A stretch of DNA of 64,000 nt from an uncultured bacterium (GTDB taxonomy: Bacteria > Bacillota > Clostridia > Lachnospirales > Lachnospiraceae). The translations under genes were made by a program, and so were the position numbers. The stretch lies in NCBI GenBank assembly GCA_945949875.1, contig CAMFGH010000004.1, positions 3,135 to 67,134 on the forward strand. Direction: 5' to 3'. Below the pieces are notes generated by a model. That model searched no databases, was not told where the DNA came from, and was given only the letters and a program-made list of their open reading frames with translations. Positions 29,607 to 38,953 of the stretch are shown one piece after another; positions within the stretch are counted from its first letter, which is position 1, and every line of letters starts with the position of its first letter.

Positions 29607-29801
29607 CTATATAAGATGCATCAGGAACATAATGACCCAGACGAAGATCGGAAGGCCGATGGAAGCAATCAGGCTTGCTTTAAACAAGGTGAAGGATGCA
29701 GTTGGATCAAAAATAGCCAGAATAAGTGTGGCAAGATAGAGGCCAACCAGGATGATAATGACTGAAATGGCGAGAATTTTTTTAATACGGGATTTATTCA
29801 T
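29607..29801 (-). CDS. Small two-TM membrane protein (64 aa)
   Basis: MNKSRIKKILAISVIIILVGLY...; AAAGGA RBS upstream. Confidence 0.7.
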   Translation of the reverse strand: MNKSRIKKILAISVIIILVGLYLATLILAIFDPTASFTLFKASLIASIGLPIFVWVIMFLMHLI

Positions 29802-29934
29802 AAGATGATGTGATTCCTTTCTGTGATGCGTTAACTCGTCCATGGGAGACGAGTTATGTATATACAATAGCAGAACAAAAATAGTCTTGCAAGAAGTAGA
29901 GGATATTAGAAAAGAAGAGAGGTGAGACAGACAT

Positions 29935-29964
29935 TTGACATTTTATCGGCGTACCGATAAAATG
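29935..29964 (+). promoter_or_regulatory. SigA promoter overlapped by a palindromic operator
   Basis: TTGACA-17 bp-TAAAAT with CATTTTATCGG-CGTA-CCGATAAAATG covering the spacer and -10. Confidence 0.85.
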
Positions 29965-29983
29965 ATGATAGGAGGTAGAAATA

Positions 29984-30508
29984 ATGGATTTTGTTGTTGA
30001 ATTGCAAAAGCAAAAAATGAACATAAGAACCTGCTCTATGAAAAGTGGTATTCCTTACGCAACTCTTTATCCTATTATTAAAGGTCAGGTTGATATAGGA
30101 ACATGTGCTTATTATACAGTGGAGAAGTTGGCTAAAGCATTAGGCTATCGCCCGGATCAAATTGTATATCATAAAGAGGATTTTCAGACATTTAGGAATA
30201 ATCTACATCACGATATAAAACGAAACGATCTTCAGACTGTGTTAGGGATTATTGAGCATGAGGATGTAGAATATTACCGCCTTCATGGTGACTATATTAA
30301 AATGATGTATCTGGTTGCTACAGTTGATTATATCAGTAAAAAATATGAGATTCCTTTATGTGATAAATATGATGAAATTCGTAATATGAAACTGGAAGAG
30401 CCATTTTTTGTGGGTGATTCTGCGTTTTTGAATAAGGAAATGGATTCGGGAATAGAAGAATTTGCAAGGTACAATATTGTTGAAGGGGATTTGTATGATG
30501 CGGTCTAA
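29984..30508 (+). CDS. Xre-like HTH protein (putative antitoxin/regulator)
   Basis: SMKSGIPYATLYPIIKG...TVEKLAKALG HTH; AGGAGG RBS; AT-rich. Confidence 0.75.
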   Translation: MDFVVELQKQKMNIRTCSMKSGIPYATLYPIIKGQVDIGTCAYYTVEKLAKALGYRPDQIVYHKEDFQTFRNNLHHDIKRNDLQTVLGIIEHEDVEYYRLHGDYIKMMYLVATVDYISKKYEIPLCDKYDEIRNMKLEEPFFVGDSAFLNKEMDSGIEEFARYNIVEGDLYDAV

Positions 30509-31220
30509 AGGAAAAATAACAAGAGAAAATGCTTTTGATATTATCAAACAATTTGCGAAAGAATATCGTAAGGAACTTGGTAAGGTTCCTGGTGAAATTA
30601 TAATTGTCGGTGGCGGAAGCATTATGCTCAATTATAAATTTCGGGATGCCACACAGGATTTTGATGTAATATTAAAGACTGTGTCTGGTGTTGAAGATGT
30701 GATAAAGAAATTTGCAGATCAGAATGGTTTACCCAGAGACTGGATGAATTCAGATTTTGTAAAAACGGTATCATATTCGAATGTTTTATCCGAAGTCTCA
30801 AAACATTATTATACTTTGAATAATGGAACATTGGAAATTCGTACGGTGTCTGGTGTGTATCTGATAGCTATGAAGTTGAGGTCTCATAGAGATTACAGGA
30901 ATGATATCTCGGATGCAATAGGTGTCTTGATGGAGGAGATGGAATCAGGAAATGCAATTTCTTTTAATGACATCCAAAATGCATATATGCGGTTGTATAA
31001 TGACAAATTACCTGATGAACTGATGGAACGAATGAAACAGATTTGTGATATGAGTGTAGATGAACTTAAAACATATTACGAGAAACAGAATGCGTCAGAA
31101 CGAGAAATTGGTAAGAGAATAATAACATACATTGATGAAGGTGCAAATATTAATACCCGGAATGTTGATGATGTTATTGATAGAATTAAAGAAAAAATGA
31201 AAAATGGGAATAAGACTTAG
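30495..31220 (+). CDS. Nucleotidyltransferase-fold protein (DUF6036/AbiEii-like, putative toxin)
   Basis: IIIVGGGS, RDATQDFDV, LIAMKL and RNDISD motifs; overlaps the HTH gene end. Confidence 0.7.
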   Translation: MMRSKGKITRENAFDIIKQFAKEYRKELGKVPGEIIIVGGGSIMLNYKFRDATQDFDVILKTVSGVEDVIKKFADQNGLPRDWMNSDFVKTVSYSNVLSEVSKHYYTLNNGTLEIRTVSGVYLIAMKLRSHRDYRNDISDAIGVLMEEMESGNAISFNDIQNAYMRLYNDKLPDELMERMKQICDMSVDELKTYYEKQNASEREIGKRIITYIDEGANINTRNVDDVIDRIKEKMKNGNKT

Positions 31221-31320
31221 TTTTGCCAGTTACCTCTCTACTTGTAAGGATTTTGTACCTGTTTGACACATCTGTGTTTACCAGAATTTTACATTTATTT
31301 TGTAAATATCTGTCGTTTTT

Positions 31321-31354
31321 TGTAAGGGTTTTGTAAGGTGTGTTCCAGTATAAT
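31321..31354 (+). promoter_or_regulatory. TGTAAG-N5-TGTAAG direct repeat over the -35 position of a TATAAT promoter
   Basis: TGTAAG at 31321 and 31332; TATAAT at 31349-31354; no canonical -35. Confidence 0.5.
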
Positions 31355-31490
31355 ATTTGCGAAAAATTATGCTTGGATGTATTTCGGCGGGATATAAGGC
31401 AGATTGATATGGCGTAATCGAGGGAAATAGAATACGTATGAAATAGAACATATCAGGTTGCACCATCGTACCGGAATGAGATAGAAAGGA

Positions 31491-34400
31491 ATGTATAGCC
31501 ATAAGCAATTAGATGACCCTACAAAGAAACAAATGAGAAATACGAAGAAGCAGAGAAAGAATAAGTTATATTTAATGATAGGTGGGATTCTACTGGGATT
31601 CATTCTGGCTGTAGGAGTAAGCGATGGGGCGGTAGAGGCTGAAGAAACGCAGAATAATTTGCTGAATGGTAGTTTTGAAGATGGACAGAGCTGGAAGGCC
31701 GGCTCTACTAAAGCCTATAATACACAGTCTCAAAATACTATCCCTTACTGGAATACTACTGCTACGGATAAAAAGATAGAAGTTTTTATAGAAAATCCGA
31801 AAGAAACTGAGCCAACAGTTCCGGGTACATATGTGAAAGTTGGCAATGGGTATGCCACCTTAAAGCCTACGAATGGGGATTATGCTGTAGAATTGAATGC
31901 GAATGAAGAAAGTACTTTGTATCAGAATGTTTCTACAACACCTTATAGCATATATAAGTGGGGACTGGATCATGGTGCCCGTGTGGGTACAGATACCATG
32001 GCACTTGTGATCGGACCAAAACAGGATGTTGAGCCGGCAAAGCCTGAGATAAATGGACGAGATCAATTTATGCAGATGATAGACTGGCTGATTGCACAGA
32101 ATAAAACATCTGTAAAAGATGGTGAACATACAGGCTTAGGAGAACAGCTTACCGTATACAGTAAAAAATTCGCCACAGGGGGAACCTTTGCAGACAATGC
32201 CGGAAATAATGCATTCAGTATGACACCTAGTTCCATTTACACCGAAGAGTGGCATATCTGGATCATGGCAGATAGTGCGGCTACAACGGTTGGTGATGAT
32301 AATCCCTGGGGAAAATATGGTTCCAATGCTCCAGACGCTGCCAGCCAAACATATTATCAATATACTGTACCATCTGGTCAGGGAGAGACTTTGTTTGGCT
32401 TTGTATCCGTTGGAAGCTATGGGAATACAAACAAGACCTTTGGTAACTTCCTTGATAATATTAATTTCCAGCTTTTACATCCATTATCCGGTAGTACAAC
32501 CCTTCATGGAAGTGGTGTGGTTAGCGACAGCACCGGTTCCATATCAGGTGGGGGAGGAGCCAGTTCAGGATACGAGGTTACCGTGGACCATAGTTTGATT
32601 ACATATGCAGTTGAAGGCGAAGCGTTAGAATTGAAAGCTGTTGTAAAGAGTGCCGATGCAAATGATGGATGTGAATTCGTCGGTCTGTATCATACGGTAC
32701 AGGATACCGATGGAAATCTTAGAACTACATTTCTCCAGAGAGCCGGAAATGAGACAGAAGATACGGGAAGTTTAACAGATGAGCAGAAAGCCGGTAAATG
32801 GATTAAATCAACCAATAGTTCTGGAGATATTATTTATACCTATTATCTGGCAGATTTGACATCCGCAACAGACCTTCATTTTGTCTTTATCAAAAGCCCT
32901 ACTGTAACCTATGATTCAAATGGTGGAAAAGCATATGTGGTTGAAAGCATATATAATACTACGGAAGCACAAAATGTATATAGCTTTAAGCCGGTTACAA
33001 CTGTTGAGGGAGAAAACGCGACATATACTTTTATCCCACCCTATCAGTCCAAAGCAGCAGAAGGACCAGTGGGAGCGGCAGCAGGTAGCTGGAAATTCAT
33101 GGGCTGGTTATTGACCGGCGATACGGTTACTTCTAGTACAATACCAGATGAGAATTTGGTTAATAAAGACGGGCTAAATTCATTACTGCTTCCAGCGGAA
33201 CATACCATTGCATGTGATTATGACGCAGAGGGTTCTACAACGAAGGAGCAGTATTTTAAAATATGGAGTGGAAGTAAAACGTTAACCGATGATAATGATG
33301 GTGTGGTTGGAAGAAAAAGTGCAAAATGGCGGCTTTCGTCTGATGAACAACCGATCTACGCCAATGTACATAAAGGCCTCACCATGGTAGCTCAGTGGCG
33401 CTGGCGGCAGGCATTTATTCCGCAGGTGAGTAGTGATAGTACATATACTGATTCAACAGAAGGTGGAACTGTTGAAATTACCAACGTGATAAATCTACCC
33501 GGTGATAATTATGATGCTTCCTATAATGAAAATGGTGGTAAGGCCTACTATGCGGCAACCGATGAGGTAATAACTGTTAAAGCAACTGCAAATCCAGGAT
33601 ATACATTTGAGGGCTGGTATGATGCGGCTGGAAATTTGCTCACTACCAATAATACCTATGGTTATACCGAAACAAAAAAAAGCGTAAATACATTTTACGC
33701 AAGGTTTTCCGGAAGTGTGACTCAGACCTACATTCGGCAGGTAAAAAACGGAGACAGTTGGGAGCAGACAATGGATGATAACATTGGAACGTTGGATCGC
33801 AGCAGCTATACGGATGTGGTGGGAACTACTGCGAGCTGTACGGCCACTGCTGGAGCATATTATCAGTTTGATGGTTGGTATAATTCGGAAGGAAATAAAG
33901 TTGCGAATGAAATGGCAACTAGCGGTGGAAAAACACTTAGTTACACCACAACCGGAAATGCTACCTATTATGCCAGATTTTCCAGAAGAAATGTAACCCA
34001 GTCCTATATACGCCAGTTGAAAAACGGAAGTGACTGGAGTGTTATAAGTGATAATAATATTGCAGAACTTACCGATTATAGTTATTCGGGTTATGCAGGA
34101 ACAACAGCCAGCTCCACTGCATCAGCGGGTGATAATTTTAAGTTCGAGGGTTGGTATGATGCATCTGGAAATCCTGTTTCTGAATCGATGGTTAGTAATG
34201 GGGGAAACACACTTAGGTATTTGGTTATCGAAAATGCTACCTATTATGCAAGATTTTCCAGAGAACAAACTCAGACCTTTGACAAAACATTAACCCAGGA
34301 AGGCGAAACGCTATCACTGGATACCCTCATAACTCCGGGCAGCACGATAGAAAGTATCATATCCTGTACTTCCGATAATGCCGCTGTCGCTACCGTGGAT

Positions 34401-34853
34401 GCGGATGGAAATGTGACTGCAGCCGCAAATGGAACCTGTACGGTTACTATGGAAGTGGTTACAGGAGATGGAAAATATACTGCCATCTGCACAATTACTG
34501 TCAATATTCCGAGACAGAATGTGCAGGAGGAAAATCATTCGGGTTCCGGTAAATCACATAAGGCAAATACGACAAAACAGACCGATGAAGCTGATAATCT
34601 TCAAGATTCGGATGGCTCAAATTCGGGAGACTATGTGGATGATAATGAGGTTGCCAACGCAAGAAAATCTAAAACAGGGGATAAAAGTAATCCTGTACTC
34701 TGGATCATCCTTTTGCTATTATCATTAGTAGCGATGATAGGATTCTTTGTGAAAAAAAAGAGTGCTAATGAACAGAAGAGCAAACGGAAAAGCAAAAGAA
34801 AAAGCAAAAGAAAAAGTAAAAGAAAAAGGAAAAAGAATAAATATAACAAATAG
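31491..34853 (+). CDS. Large cell-wall-anchored surface protein (InlB-B/Flg_new-like repeats, Ig-like Big_2 domain, xxKTG sorting signal)
   Basis: Signal peptide; repeated F(E/D)GWY...YARFS units; SDNAAVATVDADGNVTA; C-terminal SKTGD + TM + basic tail. Confidence 0.8.
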   Translation: MYSHKQLDDPTKKQMRNTKKQRKNKLYLMIGGILLGFILAVGVSDGAVEAEETQNNLLNGSFEDGQSWKAGSTKAYNTQSQNTIPYWNTTATDKKIEVFIENPKETEPTVPGTYVKVGNGYATLKPTNGDYAVELNANEESTLYQNVSTTPYSIYKWGLDHGARVGTDTMALVIGPKQDVEPAKPEINGRDQFMQMIDWLIAQNKTSVKDGEHTGLGEQLTVYSKKFATGGTFADNAGNNAFSMTPSSIYTEEWHIWIMADSAATTVGDDNPWGKYGSNAPDAASQTYYQYTVPSGQGETLFGFVSVGSYGNTNKTFGNFLDNINFQLLHPLSGSTTLHGSGVVSDSTGSISGGGGASSGYEVTVDHSLITYAVEGEALELKAVVKSADANDGCEFVGLYHTVQDTDGNLRTTFLQRAGNETEDTGSLTDEQKAGKWIKSTNSSGDIIYTYYLADLTSATDLHFVFIKSPTVTYDSNGGKAYVVESIYNTTEAQNVYSFKPVTTVEGENATYTFIPPYQSKAAEGPVGAAAGSWKFMGWLLTGDTVTSSTIPDENLVNKDGLNSLLLPAEHTIACDYDAEGSTTKEQYFKIWSGSKTLTDDNDGVVGRKSAKWRLSSDEQPIYANVHKGLTMVAQWRWRQAFIPQVSSDSTYTDSTEGGTVEITNVINLPGDNYDASYNENGGKAYYAATDEVITVKATANPGYTFEGWYDAAGNLLTTNNTYGYTETKKSVNTFYARFSGSVTQTYIRQVKNGDSWEQTMDDNIGTLDRSSYTDVVGTTASCTATAGAYYQFDGWYNSEGNKVANEMATSGGKTLSYTTTGNATYYARFSRRNVTQSYIRQLKNGSDWSVISDNNIAELTDYSYSGYAGTTASSTASAGDNFKFEGWYDASGNPVSESMVSNGGNTLRYLVIENATYYARFSREQTQTFDKTLTQEGETLSLDTLITPGSTIESIISCTSDNAAVATVDADGNVTAAANGTCTVTMEVVTGDGKYTAICTITVNIPRQNVQEENHSGSGKSHKANTTKQTDEADNLQDSDGSNSGDYVDDNEVANARKSKTGDKSNPVLWIILLLLSLVAMIGFFVKKKSANEQKSKRKSKRKSKRKSKRKRKKNKYNK

Positions 34854-34865
34854 CAGGAGCGTTCT

Positions 34866-36686
34866 ATGGAGAACAACGAAAGATTAGAACTGCAGACAAA
34901 AGCTTTTGTGATAGATTTGCTGGCAGGTGTGAATAAAGAAGATAGTATTCAGGACACGATCAGCCATATTTTAAAAGAAGTGGGTAGGTTTACCCATTCC
35001 GATATGGTGGGCATTTATGAATCAGGAACAGAGCCGGGCTACGTGAATAAGGTATATCAGTGGAAATCGGATCATTTGGCTGCAGAGGATGAAAAAGTAC
35101 AGCCGATAGAGGAACGACGACTGAATAGCTGGATTGAAAAGCTCAAACTGAAAAAAATAGTTTTAGTGAAGGACAGAGAGTGCGTACGGGATAGTATGCC
35201 CCTGGAATATGAAAGAACAGGAAAGTTTGGTATACATACTTTTCTGATCATTCCACTGTATACCAAGGCTGCCATGCCGGTATGCATGAGTATTGTAAAT
35301 CCGGATCTGTCCGCCTTTGCGGTAACCGAGTCTGCCTGGCTGTACCTGGGCCGGGAAATCGGTCTTCTCTGTCACCAGAAAAGAATCCACCATAAATACC
35401 TTTCATTTATGGAAGGAATCCGCTCCAGCAACCTGTCCGAATTCATCGTGGATTATAGAACCAAAAGATATGAGGCCTTTCGTATCACAAGAGTACTGGC
35501 TGGAGTGATTCCGGAAGAAGGAGAATGGGAGTGGATCAGACAGTTTTATGCATCCATTATTAAGCCGGAATATCGCGAGGAATTTCTGAGAAAGACAGGA
35601 CAGGAATACCTGGAAACCTTTCTTCATACGGAACAGAGCTCTTTTGCCATTGATTTAGAGCGTGAAGTAGATAACAATAACACCTGGTTCCGACTGGAAT
35701 TTTCTGTGGTTTCTCTGGATGAAGAAGGGCATTTGGAACGTTTCGTAGTACTGGTCAAAGACATCACTGAGATGAAAAAAGATGAGGAAGAACACCACCA
35801 GATGATCATGGCTCTGAGCAACTTTTACAGAGCCAGCTTTATGATTGATTTGAAAAACAGAATGGCGCAGGCCATTAAGCATTCTGAGAAGATTAAAAAA
35901 TATTACCCGGATGGAATCATGCCTTATGAAATATTTCTGGATACGTTCAGCAGTCAAATGGTGAAGAAAGAATGTCTGGAACCGGTTCGGGAATTTATGA
36001 ATCTGGATAATATGGAACAGCATCTGAAGGATGAAAGTGCTCTTTCCCTCGAATATCATGGAAATCAGATTGAATGGGGTCGTATCGTTCTGGCTCCGGC
36101 AAAATGGAGTCCGGATGGCAGACTGGAAAAGGTGGTTTTTGCAGTCCAGGATATCACAGAGCAGAAATGCCGGGAAGAGTGGATGCAATATAAGATGGAA
36201 CATGACGAACTGACCGGAACGCTGAACCGTACTGCATTCAACAAAGTGACCAAACTGCTGGAAGATTCGGTGACACCTTTTGCCCTGGTAATATTGGATA
36301 TTGATCAGTTTAAAATGATCAACGACACGTATGGGCATGATGTGGGGGATGAAGTATTGTCGTACCTGGCATCTGTTCTTCATGAAAAAATGCAGGCTGC
36401 GGATAAGATTTTCCGTATCGGTGGAGATGAATTTGCCATTATCATGAATCGGATGAAGCTGGCACAGGCTGGCCGCGTGAAAAAAATGATCATGCAGGCA
36501 AATGAAACAACCATGTCGGGGGTGAATGATCTGCCGGAATTTTCTATTAGTGCCGGGGCGACGTTTTCGGTATCAGGCTATGATGAAACCGTATATCGTA
36601 ATGCAGATCAGGCACTTTACCGGACAAAACAAACAACCCGCAGGGGATGTACTGTTTTTGAGGAGATGGAGCAAACGGGAAAATAA
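34866..36686 (+). CDS. GAF/PAS-like sensor diguanylate cyclase
   Basis: HDELTGTLNR, DIDQFKMINDTYGHDVGD, RIGGDEF and ADQALY motifs; PAS-like segments ending in VKDITE/VQDITE. Confidence 0.9.
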   Translation: MENNERLELQTKAFVIDLLAGVNKEDSIQDTISHILKEVGRFTHSDMVGIYESGTEPGYVNKVYQWKSDHLAAEDEKVQPIEERRLNSWIEKLKLKKIVLVKDRECVRDSMPLEYERTGKFGIHTFLIIPLYTKAAMPVCMSIVNPDLSAFAVTESAWLYLGREIGLLCHQKRIHHKYLSFMEGIRSSNLSEFIVDYRTKRYEAFRITRVLAGVIPEEGEWEWIRQFYASIIKPEYREEFLRKTGQEYLETFLHTEQSSFAIDLEREVDNNNTWFRLEFSVVSLDEEGHLERFVVLVKDITEMKKDEEEHHQMIMALSNFYRASFMIDLKNRMAQAIKHSEKIKKYYPDGIMPYEIFLDTFSSQMVKKECLEPVREFMNLDNMEQHLKDESALSLEYHGNQIEWGRIVLAPAKWSPDGRLEKVVFAVQDITEQKCREEWMQYKMEHDELTGTLNRTAFNKVTKLLEDSVTPFALVILDIDQFKMINDTYGHDVGDEVLSYLASVLHEKMQAADKIFRIGGDEFAIIMNRMKLAQAGRVKKMIMQANETTMSGVNDLPEFSISAGATFSVSGYDETVYRNADQALYRTKQTTRRGCTVFEEMEQTGK

Positions 36687-36813
36687 AGCATAGGATAAAA
36701 CAGAGTATAGGAGGAATTTGTTAAGGAATTCTTTCGAAATAATTAAAGATTCCGGGGTGGACGATACAGGCAGGATTCATTATAATAGGGCTCATATCAA
36801 ATTCTTTTTGGCG

Positions 36814-36861
36814 CAGAAGACATGTGGCAGAAAACATGTGACAGAAAACATGCGACAGAAA
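36814..36861. repeat. Three-plus 14-bp tandem repeats (CAGAAAACATGTGA)
   Basis: Copies at 36814, 36828, 36842 and a partial copy at 36856. Confidence 0.75.
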
Positions 36862-36881
36862 GAATAAGGGGGATTTATATT

Positions 36882-37982
36882 ATGAAAAAAAGAATCTATA
36901 GCATACTGCTTGTATGTCTGCTGGCATTTGCTTTGACCGGCTGCGCTGCTTCTGATGTGACAAGGAAAATCATGGAAAAAGGAGTCGGAGAAGAAAAAGC
37001 AGAAGACGGATATAGCGGAAAAGAAACAGAAGCAGAAGAGAAAGCGGAAGAAGCAGCAGACGGAGATAGGAAAGACGGAGAAACAGATAAAATAGAAGAA
37101 ACCGCAGACAAATCAAAGGATGGGCTAAAAGATAAAACAGACAGCCGGTTAACAGATGATAAGAATGGTAAAACGGACGCCCGGAAAAATGACAAGGGAG
37201 AAGAGATGACCGGGGATCAGGAAGATGGCAAAACCGGAGAAGATGATTTCTCAGATATTCATCTGGACCTGGACAATCTGGAATATTCCTGCAACCGGGA
37301 TGATTTTCCAAGTGACATTGCCTTTGCCAATTTCAGACATTTAAGCGGCGGTGCCATCAATGAAAGCATGTTTTACAGAAGTGTTTCTCCTATTTTCAAT
37401 CAATATAACAGAGCACCATATGCGGACGCACTGGCCATGGAAGCAGGGATAAACTGTGTCTTAAATTTGTCTGACAGTAAGACAGAGATGCAGACTTTTC
37501 TGGATGAAAACGGGCACATCTCGCCATATTATGAGAAGCTTCTAGGGGAAAATAAGGTAATCCCGCTTAATCTAAGTTCTGATTATCATAAGAATACCTT
37601 TGCATTTTCCCTGGCAGAGGGACTTCGGAGAATGCTGCAGATGGAAGGGCCGGTTTTGATTCACTGTATTGAAGGAAAAGACCGGACAGGATTTGTGTGT
37701 CTTTTACTGGAAGGGATGGCAGGAGCATCCTATGATGAAGTGGTTGCAGATTATATGATCACCTTTGACAATTATCTGGGAATCAATCAGGAAAGTAATC
37801 CTAGATATTACCAGTACATTAAGCAGGAAGAGGTAGATACACTGATTCGCTACATAGCTCTGGAGGATGAGGATGTAGATGCTTCCCAGATCGATATCCA
37901 TAAAGCTGCGCGGCAGTATTTGTATAATGCGGGCCTGACGGAAGACGAGTTAAACAAACTGGAAGAAAGAGTAAGGCAGTAA
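36882..37982 (+). CDS. Lipoprotein protein-tyrosine-phosphatase-family enzyme
   Basis: Lipobox LTGC, D/E/K-rich linker, ANFR and catalytic HCIEGKDRTG (CX5R). Confidence 0.85.
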   Translation: MKKRIYSILLVCLLAFALTGCAASDVTRKIMEKGVGEEKAEDGYSGKETEAEEKAEEAADGDRKDGETDKIEETADKSKDGLKDKTDSRLTDDKNGKTDARKNDKGEEMTGDQEDGKTGEDDFSDIHLDLDNLEYSCNRDDFPSDIAFANFRHLSGGAINESMFYRSVSPIFNQYNRAPYADALAMEAGINCVLNLSDSKTEMQTFLDENGHISPYYEKLLGENKVIPLNLSSDYHKNTFAFSLAEGLRRMLQMEGPVLIHCIEGKDRTGFVCLLLEGMAGASYDEVVADYMITFDNYLGINQESNPRYYQYIKQEEVDTLIRYIALEDEDVDASQIDIHKAARQYLYNAGLTEDELNKLEERVRQ

Positions 37983-38081
37983 AGTATAGAAGTAGATGTA
38001 GTTCACAAGTAGTTGTAGTTCACAAGTAGATATAGAAGTAGATTTGCGGCGAATTTTATATATATTTTATAGAAAAAGCAC

Positions 38082-38110
38082 TTGCACATTCCACTTTGAT
38101 GATGTATTAT
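38082..38110 (+). promoter_or_regulatory. SigA promoter for riboswitch leader
   Basis: TTGCAC-17 bp-TATTAT. Confidence 0.6.
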
Positions 38111-38124
38111 GATTATAACTAAAG

Positions 38125-38213
38125 ATGTATAAAAAGCAAAATTATCGGAAGATAATGACGCAAAGCTAGAGGGTCTCAATCACGATGTGACAGACAGCCA
38201 GTTGCCGAATATG
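38125..38213 (+). ncRNA. GEMM-I (c-di-GMP-I class) riboswitch aptamer
   Basis: GCAAA-ATTATC-GGAA-GATAAT-GACGCAAAGCT...GGGTCT...GACAGCC-AGTTGCCGAA matches the GEMM-I consensus including the GNRA loop. Confidence 0.9.
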
Positions 38214-38222
38214 ATGAATATA

Positions 38223-38253
38223 AGGCCTGGTCAATGTCATTGACCAGGTTTTT
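38223..38253 (+). terminator. Riboswitch expression-platform terminator
   Basis: GGCCTGGTCAA...TTGACCAGGTTTTT between the aptamer and the CDS. Confidence 0.8.
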
Positions 38254-38319
38254 CTAATTATAAAAGTAGTGATGACGCCCACAGCATAAATATCTTTAAA
38301 GTAAAAGGAGGTTTTCAAA

Positions 38320-38883
38320 ATGAGGAACAAAATGAAAAAAATCCTTTGCTTAACACTGGTAGCAGCCTGCATGATTGGTTGTGTTGCTTGTGGAAAAGAG
38401 AAAGGGGACATTACGGATGATGCCGTAGCAAGGGTGCAGTCGGAAGAAGACGAAGAGTTCGTTTATATCGATGACGAAGCCATTGCACTTGCAGGTAGCT
38501 TATCCGAACAGGATCCGGGTCTCAGACAGGCGGCACAGGATGCATTTGCACTGACCAATCAGGAAAGAGCAGCAGCCGGACTTCCTGCATTAACATGGAG
38601 CAATGCTCTTGCTGATGCCGCATATGTTAGAGCACAGGAAATCGTCGGAACGTTCTCACACACCAGACCGGACGGAAGCGATTGGTGGACAGTAAACAGC
38701 AGTATTATGTATGGCGAAAATCTTGCGAGAGGTTTCTCCTCAGCAGGTGCAGCTGTACAGGCATGGATGAATTCACCAACCCATAAAGCTAATATTGTGG
38801 ATGGTGGATATCGTACACTCGGTATCGCGATTTTCCAGGGTAGTGACGGAAAATGGTACTGGGCACAGGAATTCGGTTATTAA
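38320..38883 (+). CDS. CAP/SCP-domain lipoprotein
   Basis: TNQERAAAGLPAL, FSHTRPDG, GENLA, WMNSPTHKANI and WAQEF motifs; VAC lipobox. Confidence 0.92.
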   Translation: MRNKMKKILCLTLVAACMIGCVACGKEKGDITDDAVARVQSEEDEEFVYIDDEAIALAGSLSEQDPGLRQAAQDAFALTNQERAAAGLPALTWSNALADAAYVRAQEIVGTFSHTRPDGSDWWTVNSSIMYGENLARGFSSAGAAVQAWMNSPTHKANIVDGGYRTLGIAIFQGSDGKWYWAQEFGY

Positions 38884-38924
38884 TTAATCATTCTCCCAAT
38901 TGATTTAAATCCCAATAAACCAGG

Positions 38925-38953
38925 AAAGGGCACTTCTTCGGAAGTGCTTTTTT
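38925..38953 (+). terminator. Terminator with CUUCGG loop
   Basis: AAAGGGCACTTC-TTCG-GAAGTGCTTTTTT. Confidence 0.85.

Larger units (their letters stand above)
29052..29609. mobile_element. Composite non-coding element with terminal inverted repeats (MITE/REP-like)
   Basis: Left end TAGTGGGGACGTTCCTTCTGTCCATGGAATAGCCCTTTTGTC matches the reverse complement of the right end TAGTGGGGGCGTTTCTTTTGTCCACAGAATAGCCCTTTTGTC; both ends are built of ~20-bp subrepeats. Confidence 0.6.

Noticed and set aside
34866-36686. Hypr-GGDEF cGAMP synthase
   Set aside because: This enzyme and the one at 2-1072 retain Asp in GHxxGD, the ordinary c-di-GMP synthase signature.
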